From the NCBI GenBank assembly GCA_965649765.1, contig OZ287761.1, positions 15,624,001 to 15,688,000 of the forward strand: DNA of 64,000 bases. Direction: 5' to 3'. Source of the DNA: Bispira polyomma (Eukaryota). The notes under the pieces are model-generated. The model saw nothing but the letters and a program-made list of their open reading frames with translations. It was not told where the DNA came from and searched no databases. Positions 49,545 to 62,874 of the stretch are shown piece after piece; the stretch's first letter is position 1, and every line of letters begins with the position of its first letter. Both the position numbers and the translations under genes were made by a program.

Positions 49545-50096
49545 ATTTGCTAGAATTGTGTCAAATACCAGTCGATACACCAGTATAATTCCTGTTCTTG
49601 AGCAATTGCATTGGCTTCCTGTTGAACAGCGCTCAGTGTTTAAAACAGCCACACTTGTTTATAAGTTTATTCACACTGGTTTTCCAAAGTATTTTGCCCC
49701 ATATTTTTTTTCTTACAGTAGTTCTTGCAATACCAGCCGCAGTCAGAGTGGTAGTAATTTCCTTGTAGTTCCAAAGTTCCACCCATCTATTCAAAAGTCA
49801 GTTAAACAGTTTGGTTATAGCTTTACTTTTGATGCTCCCATTGTTTGGCAAGCTCTTCCTGATACGATTCGTGCGCCCCCCTCACTAGCCTCTTTCAGAA
49901 AGCAGCTTAAAACCCACCTGTACACCAAAGCATATCTGACTTAGTCCTGATCATCCCCCGGCGTTCTCTGTGGTGCTTAACCCTTTTTCTGTCCCTAGAT
50001 ATTGAAATTGGATTACTGTCTTTTTGTGCTGTTGTGCCTTAGAGTCCCCTTCGTTAAGGGGAGATTAAGCGCTATAAAAGTCTAATTACAATTACA
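49545..50096 (+). mobile_element. 5'-truncated L2/CR1-group LINE (RT C-terminus, 3' UTR, (ATTACA)n tail)
   Basis: SIIPVLEQLHWLPVEQRSVFKTATLVYKF...SFRKQLKTHLY; the 3' UTR ends GATTAAGCGCTATAAAAGT, as in the 4347 element. Confidence 0.9.
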
Positions 50097-50315
50097 ACGC
50101 CTTAGCCTCCACAATACAACTGTTATTGTGTTATCCTGCTAAGAAATAGACATGGGACAAAAACGTAACCTCTTTGATGGAAGTCAATATAGAAAAGCAC
50201 AGGGCAAAAAGAAACTGTAGCCTGCTATCATTCATTACTATAGATGAACAACTCTGTAGTGGGACACAATGGGGTTGCAAACTATGATATGGATGTACCA
50301 CGCCTGAAAACTTGA

Positions 50316-50520
50316 GGCTGCGGTGACCTATTGGTTATACGTCTTCGCTTTAAAATCACTGGCCTCTCACCTCTGGGTATCGAATCCCACAGATTCTTTT
50401 TTTTTTTTTTGCGTGTGATTAAGTACTTGCCATGGGTTGGCGGTTTATAGTGGCTTCATCACTGGTTTCCTTTACCACTAAACCTGGCCGGCGTGATATG
50501 ACCTAAGCTGTTAAAAATTA
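50316..50520 (+). mobile_element. tRNA-derived SINE
   Basis: GGTGACCTATTGGTTA...AATCACTGGCCTCTCACC...TATCGAATCCC; same family as 16410. Confidence 0.65.
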
Positions 50521-50525
50521 AATTG

Positions 50526-50851
50526 AATACACGTGAAAACAGCATGTTAGACCTCACCGGGGTGTAATACACGTTAAAACTGCATGCTGGACCTCACCGG
50601 GGTGTAATACACGTTAAAACTGCATGTTAGACCTCACCGGGGTGTAATACACGTGAAAACTGCACGCTGGACCTCACTGGGGTGTAATACACGTTAAAAC
50701 TGCATGTTAGACCTCATCGGGGTGTATGTAATACACGTGAAAACTGTATGCTGGACCTCACCGGGGTGTAATACACGTTAAAATTGCATGCTGGACCTCA
50801 CCGGGGTGTAATACACGTGAAAACTGCATGTTAGACCTCACCAGGGTGTAA
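50526..50851. repeat. 40-bp minisatellite, 8 copies
   Basis: AATACACGT(G/T)AAAACTGCATG(T/C)T(A/G)GACCTCACCGGGGTGT repeated head to tail with no unique spacers. Confidence 0.95.
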
Positions 50852-53136
50852 TTTCCTATCAATATATATGATAGGTAATTCTTTACAAGCATGCCTTTAT
50901 CATATCTCCCCCCCCCCTCCTCTGCCATTATTGATAGATCATTTCATTTCTATTGGGGTTTATTGCTGATTCTGACAGTTTTATAGACCCACTAACAGAA
51001 AGGCACTCACAAAAGGTTAATAAATTCTTTTCTTATAAATCATCTTCTTCTTCAAAAAAGGGGAACACCAACCATTTAAGTCTCCTTTCATAAGATAATT
51101 ACTCTTCACATATTATAACATGTACCTGTATACTTGCCAAAAGAGCTGAAATTGATATATTTTTTAAGTTATAGCTTTATGGTATTAATGTGGACACTTA
51201 GTGTTTTTTTCGGAGAAATGTAGGTTTAATTTCCTCAAGCACGAATTGCATTCACCCTTTTTTATATATATATTTCCACTGTTAAAAAGTTATGAGGTTG
51301 AAAGTGAAAGGCACAAAATTTAAACAGATGTCTAATACCTAGGTGATAGCTCATATTTTTTGTGCATCTCAATTTGTTGGACCTCTTTAAATAACCATAT
51401 TACATCAGAACACTGTTAATACGGCATAAATGGTCACATTCAGAGTCTGGTTTATGTTGCAAAAAACACGGTTTTTCCACTTGGTATACTATTCCAGTAA
51501 GTTTAGGGGTTTAGGCATAAGGTCATATAGTGGCTTGACAATAAATTAAAATTACACATAATTTTTTTTCAAAATTATGCCCAATTGATAAGGTTGCCTT
51601 TAATTTCAATCATGATTACTTTACAATTAACATTCGTGTTTTATGTATTGTATACATAATTTCAGCAATTTGTCGAAATTTTATTGGGGTCAAGCTCTGC
51701 TACATTGAAGTCATTTGTTATAATTAATTAAGTCCCTTTTAAAAATTAGGGTTTTTCAAAAAAGAGACACCCTTACTCATTTCAGGGAACATCTGCCAGG
51801 TAAAGCCCTGTGGTTAGGGGATCATATTTCATCAGAGACATGCTAGTCTGTTAGTATTTAAGTTTAAAATGTATGGTCATATAAAATATGGTGATCTGAT
51901 TTGTGTTTAAAAGTATGGTCATCTAAAATATAGTGATCTGAGTTAGAGATCTGAGTTAATGCGACATAGAAGTATTATTTGATTTTAAAAGTATGGTCAT
52001 ATAAAACCGTCAACTTACCAACTTATTAATTTTTCTAAAATCTAAAAAAAAAGAAAATGGCTCAAAACGCTATTATGGACGGCGAAGACATCATCTTGAA
52101 CGCTTACTTCGATTGAACTTAAAAACTACAAGATGTATCCTAATATGGGTCAGTGTTTTAGTTTTTAATTCAAATTGAAAGTATTTTTGAGACACTTTTG
52201 TGTTATATCGTCATGGTCAATGCTTTGTGCTGTACAAACCTTCAGCATTTCTTCTGCCAACTTTATTGTATTGTATACCACTGTTGTCTTTAAGCAAGAA
52301 TTATTCAATACATTGTCGTTGAAGTATATAAAAACCCTACATTAAATTTTTTGTGAGCACAGTTTAAGTATAACTTCAGTAGAAAAGTAAATGTTAAGCC
52401 TCGGTCTGCTACTAGTCAAACAACAACTGTTAAAAAGTAGATATTAAGTCTCAACCTACTGCTACAAATACAAAAGCCAACAAAATGTGTGTTGATGATG
52501 AGTTTGAACCCCTCCCCACCGCTTTAATACCCCCTTCTCCCCATATTACCATCGAGCCTCCCATTTCAGCCTCCCCCCACACACACCCAGTACAAGAATA
52601 ATAGCACAGGAGTCTGAAAAAGCCATTGTTTTGTACAACAACAAGGGGCAGACGTCCAGGGAAATTAAGTGATGATTCCTCCCTGCCTCAGATGGGCTGT
52701 CACTGGCCATCATTTCCTAATTGAAGTCAAATTGCCGACACGGGGTTAGGAGCAGATATTTATTACCCCGTCTTTATCTGTACAAACCCTCCTCTCCCCC
52801 CCCCCCTTACCCACCCCCTCTTCACCTAGAAAGAGTGTAAAGTGAAATTGTATCAATTTTAGCTAACCAAATCATCAATTTGGAGAACGTGAAAATTAAA
52901 TCTCTGTGAAAATTTGGACTTGTCTTGATATTTCAACTACAAAAGAAAAGGTTCAATAGTGAAAATTAATTCCAGTGAACTTCCGAGGAATAGTAAATTA
53001 GTGACATTTTCGTCCAGCTGAAATGCATACAGTATGTTGGGCTAAGACAAAGGGATAGAGAGCCTTATTGATAAATGTTCTGTACTTGGTATACTGAGTA
53101 TCATCGATTATTTGTATTAGGTAGAATAATGCCTTG

Positions 53137-53159
53137 TGACGTCACAGTGGCGTACGTCA
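53137..53159. promoter_or_regulatory. Full CRE plus adjacent half-CRE
   Basis: TGACGTCA at 53137-53144 followed by TACGTCA, in a CpG-containing patch. Confidence 0.4.
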
Positions 53160-56100
53160 ACGCTTTAACGCAGGCGGCATAGTTCAAAGGAATATATTAC
53201 ATACTTTGGACGCGTGGTAGCTGTAATATTTCAAATAGAACTCAACATGTCTGGGGGTGGGGGATCCTAACAAAAAGTCGCCACCAATGATCAACGACGA
53301 CGAATTTCCCATAAAATTTACTCTTTACTCTTTATTATAAATAATTCTATATTTTTTCTAGTTGTTTTCAAGCCCCAGATAATATGTACTGTACCTAATT
53401 TGCCTTTGGCAAAGAGATGACCCATATTGCCGGTACGCTAGGCATCTTTGGGTGTAATTGGTGCAAAAGGGGGTGATTTTTCCCTTTCAATACAGATGGT
53501 TAAAAGGAAACAGTTTCATAGAGATAGTAATTACTGTATAAATGGAAAAATTCACTGAGAATTAATTTTAGGTAACGAGTTTGAGAGATAGTGAATTTTT
53601 TTTATTTTTTATAGAATTAAATGCTAAATAATATTGAAAATTTAATTCAGTGACATTCTCACATTTTCTAAATCAGTGAATTTTTTCTTGCAGCTAAACT
53701 TTTTACGTGAACTGTTGTTTTTTTAGAGGCTTTAAGAGATACTCAAGAGTCAGTGTGTGTGTTTTTGTATAACTGGTAGATTGACACTATCATGGAAGAT
53801 CAGTTGAATAATTAATAGACAAAAAAAACCACCTAACAACACTCAATGGCCACCTTTATAATATTCATATCTTGAGGCAATAATATTCACCAATTATTAT
53901 TATAAAAAAGTTATTTTTTAGATTAATATAACTTTAATATTTGTTAATTTTAGCTTTTGTTGGATGCTTTCAATAAAATAATATGTTCTTCACTAGGTTC
54001 TTTGTGAGTGTAGTGAGTGAAGTACTTTCTAGCGATTTAAATGGGAAGGATAAATCAATATTTATCTGGTAAACATAAAAGTCATACATAACCAATTAGT
54101 GTAGTATATGGTTTTTATTTTAATTATGAGCTAAAATGACCCCCGAAATTGATTGGTACCAAAAGCACAAGAAGACGATTATACAAAAGAATATACACGA
54201 GTACATTGTGTTTCACCCTCACGTTTAACCAAGGAATGAGCACATTATGGCGCTAATTTTGGTATTGCCTTTTCACCAGAAAAAAAGGTGTGAATTACCA
54301 GACTTATGTGGTGGTGTATTATGTCACAGATGTAGTGAGAATATTGCATGTATACCTAAGTAACATCTGATAGCATAACCAGATTAGTTTTAATAAACAA
54401 GTAAATGCAAATCTATGAATAATCATTTTTCACCTTTTACCAAAATGTTTCCCTGAGTAATGACAGTCATTGGTGCAATATTAGCACCAGAATATACCTG
54501 CAAACATTAGGAGTAGTATTATTCTCTGATGACTGTGTGTGATGGGCGTTTTCTGGTGTGAAAATAATTACAAATTGCAAATTAAAAAAATGCCCCAAAA
54601 ACACACACAATATTCGCATCCTATTCTTGCTGGCGTGTCACGCTTGCAAGATTTTCACGGATATAAACCAACTTGGCAAGAGATGTTTAAGAGCGGTGCC
54701 GTAGATTGGAATTATAAATGAGCAATGGCCCCCCTGTTCTCTCTGAGAACCCTAATTTAAGGTGGACCCAGTTTAAGGCTGACTATAAATATGAAATGCA
54801 AGTTTCTACAGCAGCTTCTTATTCTTACAATTGTTTAAAGAATCATTTCAAAACGTGAAGTTGAAGTTTGGAAGTGGACAGTACAAATTTTAATTCAACA
54901 ATGTTGACTGAACTGTCTTTTTAACATTTTTTTTTTTTTTTGGAGATGATGGTTTAGATTTTGTTTGCATACATTGTGTTAATACTCAAGGTGCAACTAA
55001 CTCCCTCCTGTCTTTTAGAACTGTTCAAGCATCAGGCGATTTTATAGCTCTGAGTTAATAAGCCAACGGTTAGGGATATCACATAAAACAGGTTTCCCCA
55101 GCATAAAATCACTCCTTGGCTATTAAATCCAGGTGGGCTGAATCTTTAAGCAGTACTGTTTACTACAGTGAGTTGATAGTAGTTTCATTTAGAAAAAAAC
55201 AACTATTTAAAAAAAAAAAAAAATCTTTCCTTCGTATTTTTGTAATTGTGCCCAAATAAATTGTATTAATTTTACTGGGGGAAAATACATCAATTTCTGA
55301 AATACTTGTCAAAATGTTCCATACACATATCAAACTACAAACTTTTAACCCAGTTGAAAATAATATAGAAAGATAGCAGGTTTAGGGAGTTACTTAAACT
55401 GCCTTGAAGCAGATGTAGTTGTTTTTTAAAGATCCCCTAGCACACAAGTAGATTTCCAGAGGAAAGTAAAAGTATCTATGATAATGAAAGACTGCTTCCT
55501 TTTTACAATTGAAACACGGCGGAGCAAGTGTCGTAAATAAGGACGTTATGACCCATAGTAATTCCTCCACAAATGAACTGCGAGGCGAAAGTCTGATTTG
55601 AAATCAGTGGAAGGTGTGAATAAAATCACCGGGGTGTGTGTGTAACTGTCTGTCTGTTGTGGGGGTGGGGAATTTATTGAGAGACAATCTGTGTGAAGAT
55701 TACATATTTTTGTAATAATATTTTCAGGTAACTTGCTGGGTTTTTAGTTGCATTTTTTGTGGGAGGTTTTCGTGTGAAGAAGATGAAACACAGGTACTTT
55801 TTTAATCTCCCAGAAATCAGACCACAATGTTTTAGATGTAATAATTTCATTCATGTACACATGTATATATAAACATATTGTGTGAAATTAGTTTGGCATT
55901 TAATTTTTTTTTGATGATCTTTATGGTATGTTTCATTAAATTTTATTGGTATGTTTTATTAAATTTTACTGGTATGTTTTATTAATTTTTTTTAACTAAT
56001 CATATATATTTTTGTAATGATCTTTATTGTATGTTTTATTAATATATTGTAACTCATCATCAAATAAACTTTACAGGATTTGGATTCAGTTTATAAACAA

Positions 56101-56612
56101 TGGTCAATTTGATTTCCTGACTCATCTGCATTTTACGATATCCTTTTACAATATCTGATTAATTCAAGTTCCTTTAACAGTGAAGTATATTAGGTGGAAA
56201 AATTTAAGCTAACGTTAAATATTCATATCTTATCTGTGTTAAAAGAAAACTGTGGATTGAACTGCGAGGATTTACTCCTCTTTATGAAGCCTTGAGCCGG
56301 CGGTTGTTTGTAATAAGCCAAAAGCAAAGAGGAGTGAATATTTAACTGTGTGTCTTTACAGGCGAAAATCTCCAATACTAAACGAAGGTGAATATTTAAA
56401 TGAGTATCTTTTCAATAGAAATTGGTAACGCCAAAAATGCAGCCAAAATAGTAAGTCCTTTTGAAGATTTCAATCTTTGTATCTCAGTAGAAAATTAACA
56501 ATAATAAAACAAATAATTGCAATGAATTCTTCGAACATTATAAATAAATTAAATGTTTTACCAGGTGAGAAAATAAGTCACCTGACACCTACATAAACTG
56601 AATTAACATTCG

Positions 56613-56790
56613 TCACAATCACTGGCCTTTCACCAATGTGGGTTCAAATCCCATTCGTTCCTTCATGTAAGTAAGTTTGTCGGGTACTTGCCGTAGGTCG
56701 GAGGTTTACAATGGCTTGATTTCTTCCATCATTGAATCTTACCATCGTGATAAGCAATTTAAATCCCATGTAAAAAATAATAATAAAAAA
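56613..56790 (+). mobile_element. tRNA-derived SINE, 5'-clipped, with A-rich tail
   Basis: AATCACTGGCCTTTCACCAATGTGGGTTCAAATCCC (B box) ... GTACTTGCCGTAGGTCGGAGGTTTAC. Confidence 0.7.
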
Positions 56791-57713
56791 AAAAAATTGC
56801 TTTCAACATTTTGCAAGTTCATCATTAATTCTTTAGAGCCTTGTAGAGACTAACGTGTGTATATAAATATCTCCCCCAAGAGTTCCCTACTCTAAAGGCT
56901 CATACCCAACTCACTAGAAACCTTCATCACAGTAAACACTCTAAATAATGCATCTTGTTAATTTCCCCACGCAGTCCTGTTTCAAATGTTTCAGGAGTAG
57001 GTTTTACATCCCCATAACACCCGATTTGTTCCTTTGCAAAGTGTAAACTATTAAGACTGGAAATATAATTTCTAGTTGTACATAAAGTGACACATGAATG
57101 ATTTTTTTTTTAAATCACAGCTGATTATAATCTATGAACTAAAAGGTGTATACACTATTTCTCCTAAACAATATTCTTTCCCCTGCTGGTTTTGTCATAA
57201 TTTACGCAGTGGGAGCTAGTTCCTTATCTACGTTCAACTCAGCAGTCAAAATATGGGATTTTTTTCCCCACTAAGGAATTTTACTGTCCAAAGAACCAAC
57301 TCTCCCCCCCCCCCCCCCCCTCCATCCTCTTGTGTTTGAGTCTCTGTGTACTTCCTTGCTGCTCCTGAAGCCAATATTATCGCCGCAGACAATGCCTATC
57401 TAGATAAGCCTTTGTTGGGGTAGGTGGTAAAGAGTGATAAAAACTAAAACACTACACGTATAGATAAAAAAAAAAAACACACACACACAGGGAAATACTT
57501 ACGCCTGTTTGTGACGTCATCAATGTAATGCCTTAGTTCAAAAAGGTTTCAATGAATTCCGTGTAGACACACGTCACGTTCTTTTTTGAACCCCAGTCAA
57601 TCATTTAATTGTTGTGATAATCTGTTACTTTGCGGGACTTCCTTTTATACCAAAAACAAACAGTTTTACAGCGGGTTTAGTCCCATTTCTTCTTTTTTGG
57701 GAAAGTTAAGCTG

Positions 57714-58395
57714 GGGCCGTATTCACTAACGGTCTTAAACTAAGCCAAAACTTAGGCTAAGCCCAGTCATAAATCTAAGACTTTTGTCTTAGCTAAGTTT
57801 TGTCTTAAAATGGTATTCACAAAAGGTGACTTAGCTAAGACTATGTTAAGACAAAAGTCTTAAATTTAAATTGTTCTTTTTACAATTATACAAAATATTA
57901 TTTACATTTTTACACACACACATATACTATATAATTATTTAGGCCTATTTGAACTTCCCAGAGTAAAAAAAAATCATTAAATAAGAAATTTTTTTCTTTC
58001 ATTGCACTTAGACTTAAGACTGGCTAAGTCCTCTTCAAAGAATATATGATTCAAAATATGTTGGGAATTATACTACTTTTTGTTTGACTCATCACAAGTT
58101 ACGGTAAGAATTGTTTGCTATTTGATATCATAATATCAAAGTTAAATGTTTATAGTTTGTTATGGACTCCAAATTTACACTGTTTCATTTGTAAAAGTTG
58201 TGTAAAAACCCCAAGACTTTTTACCATAAAGTTAAGCCCACTCCCTACCTGTCTTAAGGTTAAGCCCTTGGCTAAGCTAAAAACGTAGGCTTAGCTGCTT
58301 TGTGAATACCGCTAAGACTAAGACTTTTGTCTTAGTATTTTTTCCCCAAAAATTAAGACAAAAAACTTGGCTAAGTCTGTTAGTGAATACGGGCC
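57714..58395. mobile_element. PIF/Harbinger-like MITE with CTG target duplication
   Basis: CTG|GGGCCGTATTCACTAAC ... GTTAGTGAATACGGGCC|CTG; internal palindromic CTTAGCTAAG motifs. Confidence 0.85.
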
Positions 58396-60639
58396 CTGAT
58401 AACTACTGCTTATTATTCATCAATACTGTCACTCAATCATGTATTTTAAAAACAACATACTACAGGAATATTCTCCAGCTTTCTACCCTTCAATGATATT
58501 TTGTAATAACTGAAACTAACTTGGAGGAAATAGTTAACAATGAACCGTTAACATTTGTTTGAGCAGTTTTATCACACGAATATTAATAATGTTTCACTGC
58601 CTGACCAGGGTTATTTTTCTTTAAAAAAATAAATGTATATTAAAGTAAGGTCAAATAATGATTCATTCCCACTTAAAGGTCCCCAAACATTGCATCCGTC
58701 ACGAACATTCTGATTCTTATAATTTTTTTAAAGAATCATTACCCACAAAGTTGCCAATATTTGAACCATTCTTAGATTTTAGCCTCAATCAATTTTTTCT
58801 TTAAAAAAAAAATAATGTGAGCATAGGAATAAAACCTTTGTGAATATGGCCTCAGATCTAAATATACACCCATATATTCAGACATGGACCTCCTGGAGGT
58901 TTAAGTAACATAATTGCCATTACATGAACAGCTGGTATTCTCTAGCTGGTGTGGTGGGGGAGGGGCGCGTTGTTAAAACCACCCATATGTAGAAACAGAC
59001 TGATGTACCACACACCGAGTTATGGACAATTGAGCCGAAAGGGGGGCGACGTTTGATCTCCCGGAAGTGACTAAGATTCACGGTTTTTGTCAAGAAGGAG
59101 TAACTGTAGAATAAACGTATTTTAACTATTAGTTGAGGTGTTAAATTATGTGTGAAAAGAAAGAAATTTGGTAACAAACAGAAGGGTATCCTAAAATGAT
59201 TGCACCACAAACAAGACACATTTATTATGTCTTATAATGGTGTGTGAAAAGTAGCAAATATTTAATGCCAGACATTTCGTTCTCACTTTATGTTTCATTT
59301 ACTAGCGCACTTGCACCTGTTTTTTTGTCCACTACATGTTTAAAAATTCTGGAAGGAGAAGGTTAGCTATATAATGTTTGTCACATTATTTGATTGCCTT
59401 TAAATTGTATTTCTTTTCAAGACTAAGAATAAGCAATGGTTAAAATATTATGAAACCTTCCTTCGACTTTCACCTACAGCACATTGATGTATAATCTGTT
59501 TGTATCAGAATTTTAAACAAGTTTTTTTTGTGTGTTGAAATTTGATACCAAATTGCATTCATCTCAAAAATCAAAATGAGATGGATGGGTATTTTACACA
59601 AGCTTTTATTGTACGTTTGTGTCAAAGCGTATTGAATCTATTTTAGTTCACAGAAGTCATACTAAAATTTTAAAAATATGCAGGGCTTTTATTGACATAC
59701 GAGTAAAATATTGATGAGCCTGTGTAAATTATAGTTTAATGCTACATTTGGATATTTTGTATGTCTAATTTAGTACATTTTAAAGAGTACTTTAAATAAA
59801 ATAACTTAAGTAAAGGGAAAGCATATTCAAAATGTTTTGGTTTTGTTCGAAGAAGAGTAATATGGCTCCTTCAAACTGCACAGAATGCAGACATATGGAT
59901 TCATTGGTTCTTATAAATTATAAATCTTATAAATCGGAATATTGACCCAGAAATTAGGTTGGGACCAAAAAATATAAAAATAATTTGTTTGCTCTAATTT
60001 TTTCCAAACTGTTGAGGGTGCTAAATAAAACTACCCAACTAAAACCTAAGAAAAAACTGGTACAAAGGTGCGCATGATTCAGATGAATGTTTCGGCTGTG
60101 CATGTGTATTGCAAGTAAGTGTATAAAATTCGGTTTCTTGAAAATTGCCAAATTCTTTGATGAATCTGTATTTAGTCAGTACAGTGAGTAGTATGAATGG
60201 GCGATAAAAGCAATGTTATTCCGCTATTTCACGCTAGCCAAATACTTGGGTAAACCATTGTGTAATTGTAATGAGGACTACATGTAACGAAGCCATTGTG
60301 TGAGGAGTGGCATGCCCATAATCCAAGACCTCAAGGCATTAGACTAGTGTGTGCTGTATGGTGTGGATGTATATCATGGTATCATTTTGGGGCGTGAATT
60401 TGGATATATATATATATATTCTTTTTTCAACCTCTGCCCCTCTTCTTTGAAAACACCACCACCACCAGTACATGTGGCTATATCTCTCTAATCAATAGAG
60501 AAATGATAGAATGTATATCATAAACAACAGTTTTTGACACCAGCATTGATGGATGGGCCTGGGTCATGGCAAGCCTAACATAGCTGCTTCTTTTGTGCAT
60601 ATATTCCTGTGATGGTGGCGTGGTGCTAGTACTAGCCTC

Positions 60640-61130
60640 ACCCAGGCCTCTTTCTGCCTCTTACTAGCTTTTTAGCATGTTCCTAGTTTTAACATGCTCC
60701 TAGCTTCAACATGCTCCCAGATGCTGACCCAGATCTTTTTCTGCCTGTTGGTAGCTTTTTAGCATGTTTCAAACTTAGCTCCTAGCTACAGCCTGTGGCA
60801 AGGTTTACCAGGTTGTAAGTTTTAGCCTTCTCCTAGTTTTAGCATGTTCTTAGTTTTAACATGCCCCTAGCTTTTGCCTGTTGTAAAGTTCTAGCTTATT
60901 GCTAGTTTTAGACTACTTGCTTTTAACCTGTTTACATCTAGGCTGTCCTAAACTTTAGCCAGTGGCAAGCTTTACCCTGTTGCTAGTTGTAACCCGTTGT
61001 CAAATTTTGGGGCTGTTGCAAGCTTTGCTCTGTTGCTAGCTTTAGCATGTTTCACAGCTTTAGCCAGTTGTGAGTTTTAGCCTGTGGCTTGTTTTAGGCT
61101 GTTGCAATGTTTAGCAAGTTGTAAGCTTTA
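60640..61130. repeat. Degenerate tandem repeat of about 20-21 bp (TTTTAGCATGTTCCTAG-like)
   Basis: Recurring TTTAGC(A/C)TGTT..TAG units. Confidence 0.65.
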
Positions 61131-61261
61131 TTAGTCTTTGTTTCTGATAGGCTGAGTAGCAATGCTCTGATTGCTGGTGCAGTCTGCTTGTACCAGGATA
61201 TTCATAAACAGATTATTTTAGGTCTGATGCTGGAAGCATATACTTTTATATATTATATATA

Positions 61262-61375
61262 CCATTAATTGTAATTAGACTTTTATAGCGCTTAATCTCC
61301 CTTTAATAAAGAGGACTCTAAGGACAGTAATTCAATTTCCAATATAAGGGACAGAAAAGGGTCAGCACCACAGAG
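61262..61375 (-). mobile_element. 3' UTR tip of the same LINE family as 49545-50096
   Basis: Reverse complement of ...GGAGATTAAGCGCTATAAAAGTCTAATTACAATT. Confidence 0.8.
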
Positions 61376-61447
61376 CGAACAATTACATATTCAGTTAAGT
61401 CAGTGTTTACAACCAAAAAGCCACCATCTACCATTTTTGTTACTTAC

Positions 61448-61580
61448 CACCGAGTGTGGTAGGATCAGTCGTTGTGAACAAACAGTAAATGGAAACAACT
61501 TGTATGAAACCAAAGTTAATGATCAGATTGGTGTTGGCCGCACGCCACAGAAATGCTAGTGATCCACTGCTATTCTATTT
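61448..61580 (-). other. Candidate non-coding first exon (distal NR4A promoter or lncRNA)
   Basis: TATAAG at 61610-61605 on the minus strand, then a GC-richer segment ending GTG|gtaagt; 5' boundary approximate. Confidence 0.3.
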
Positions 61581-62626
61581 TTTTTTTCGCTATTCAGCCC
61601 CATACTTATAGAGAATTTGAGGAATCAAGTGGGCTGTGTATGTATGTGTTGTAGGAGGGAGAACCATTTCGACATTTCCTAACTACACTACTACCTCTTA
61701 AACTGCTAACAAACTACCCAAACTATCTGGAAGTATATATTTATAGTTAAAAATCCACACCAGTTTGTTAAATATTATCTAAAGAAATCTTGATAAATGG
61801 TGACAAATTCTTTCAAGGTCTATGCCAAAAATCTATCTAAAGGAAATCTCGATAAATGGTGACAAATGCTTTCAAGGTCTATGCCAAAAATCTAAGTTTT
61901 ACCAGTAATTGTTGAATATTCAAGCCCAGTAACATAGTTTTAGTAGCCCCCTTTTTCTTTGTTTCAGCTTGCTAGCTACGTGTCATTTTTTACTTATCCT
62001 CTGACGGATGTGCAGAAAATATAAGTTATCCCCACCGAGCCTGTGATAGCATATGTTGTTACAGCTATACCCATACATCACAACCAAATACATACATGCT
62101 TTCAACATCTTTAATATCTCTGCCTCTAAATACTGTTTAAGTAAATCAAATCTATCTATTTTAATGTTTTATTAAACTTTAAGCATTAGGATAGTCGTCG
62201 TTCCATTATTATATGTGTAAATATGTCAATTTAATTTAACTTAATTGAATATTGTATTTCCTGATGTTGAGTTTGACTTTAGGGTTAAGATATAGCATAA
62301 ATCCCACCCAATCTTGTATCTCCTTTTGTGTGGGAGGGACTTTACGATCCATAAGCCTTGCTATATTAAGGACACTCCTTCAAGTTAATGCATTAGATGT
62401 GATAGTAAATCTACAATACAGTAATATCCTGAACTTCTCTCCCTTTTGTAAACGTTCACATGTATAGGAAATAGTCCCTGATGTAGTAAATGTATAAAAT
62501 GGACGTTCTAGCACACGGTTTACGAGTTGTTTTCTATTGCAATTTCAGAATTTAATGTAGTCTGGCATTAGTTATAATATGGATATAATTTGTAAGTTAA
62601 ATTTATATGCCTGGTTTAATTTCCTG

Positions 62627-62874
62627 GGACCGCCGAATTCTTAAAAGATCTCAAGCTCAACTTGGACTTAAATTCAACTGTGAAGTCTCCTTATCTCTGG
62701 ATAGAGAGAATTTAAATAAAAACTGACTGCATATTTAATTTTAGTGATGAAAGCTCTAATAAAATGAATGGTCACAAGTGTATGTTTATTCCATGTACAA
62801 GAACTTCCACACATAGGCTTCTTTTGAGTTAAATCTGAGTTAAAGCTTTAGTTTCTTTGGGAGAATACAAGCCC
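62627..62874. mobile_element. MITE family C copy
   Basis: Shares GACTGCATATTT..GAAAGCTCT..AAAATGAATGGTCACAAGT with 14865-15152. Confidence 0.6.

Noticed and set aside
50526-50851. CRISPR-like array
   Set aside because: Units are contiguous with no unique spacers, there are no cas genes, and the context is eukaryotic; it is a minisatellite.
62130-62620. Possible decayed retroelement coding sequence
   Set aside because: Multiple stops in the frames I read and no motif I can confidently recognise.
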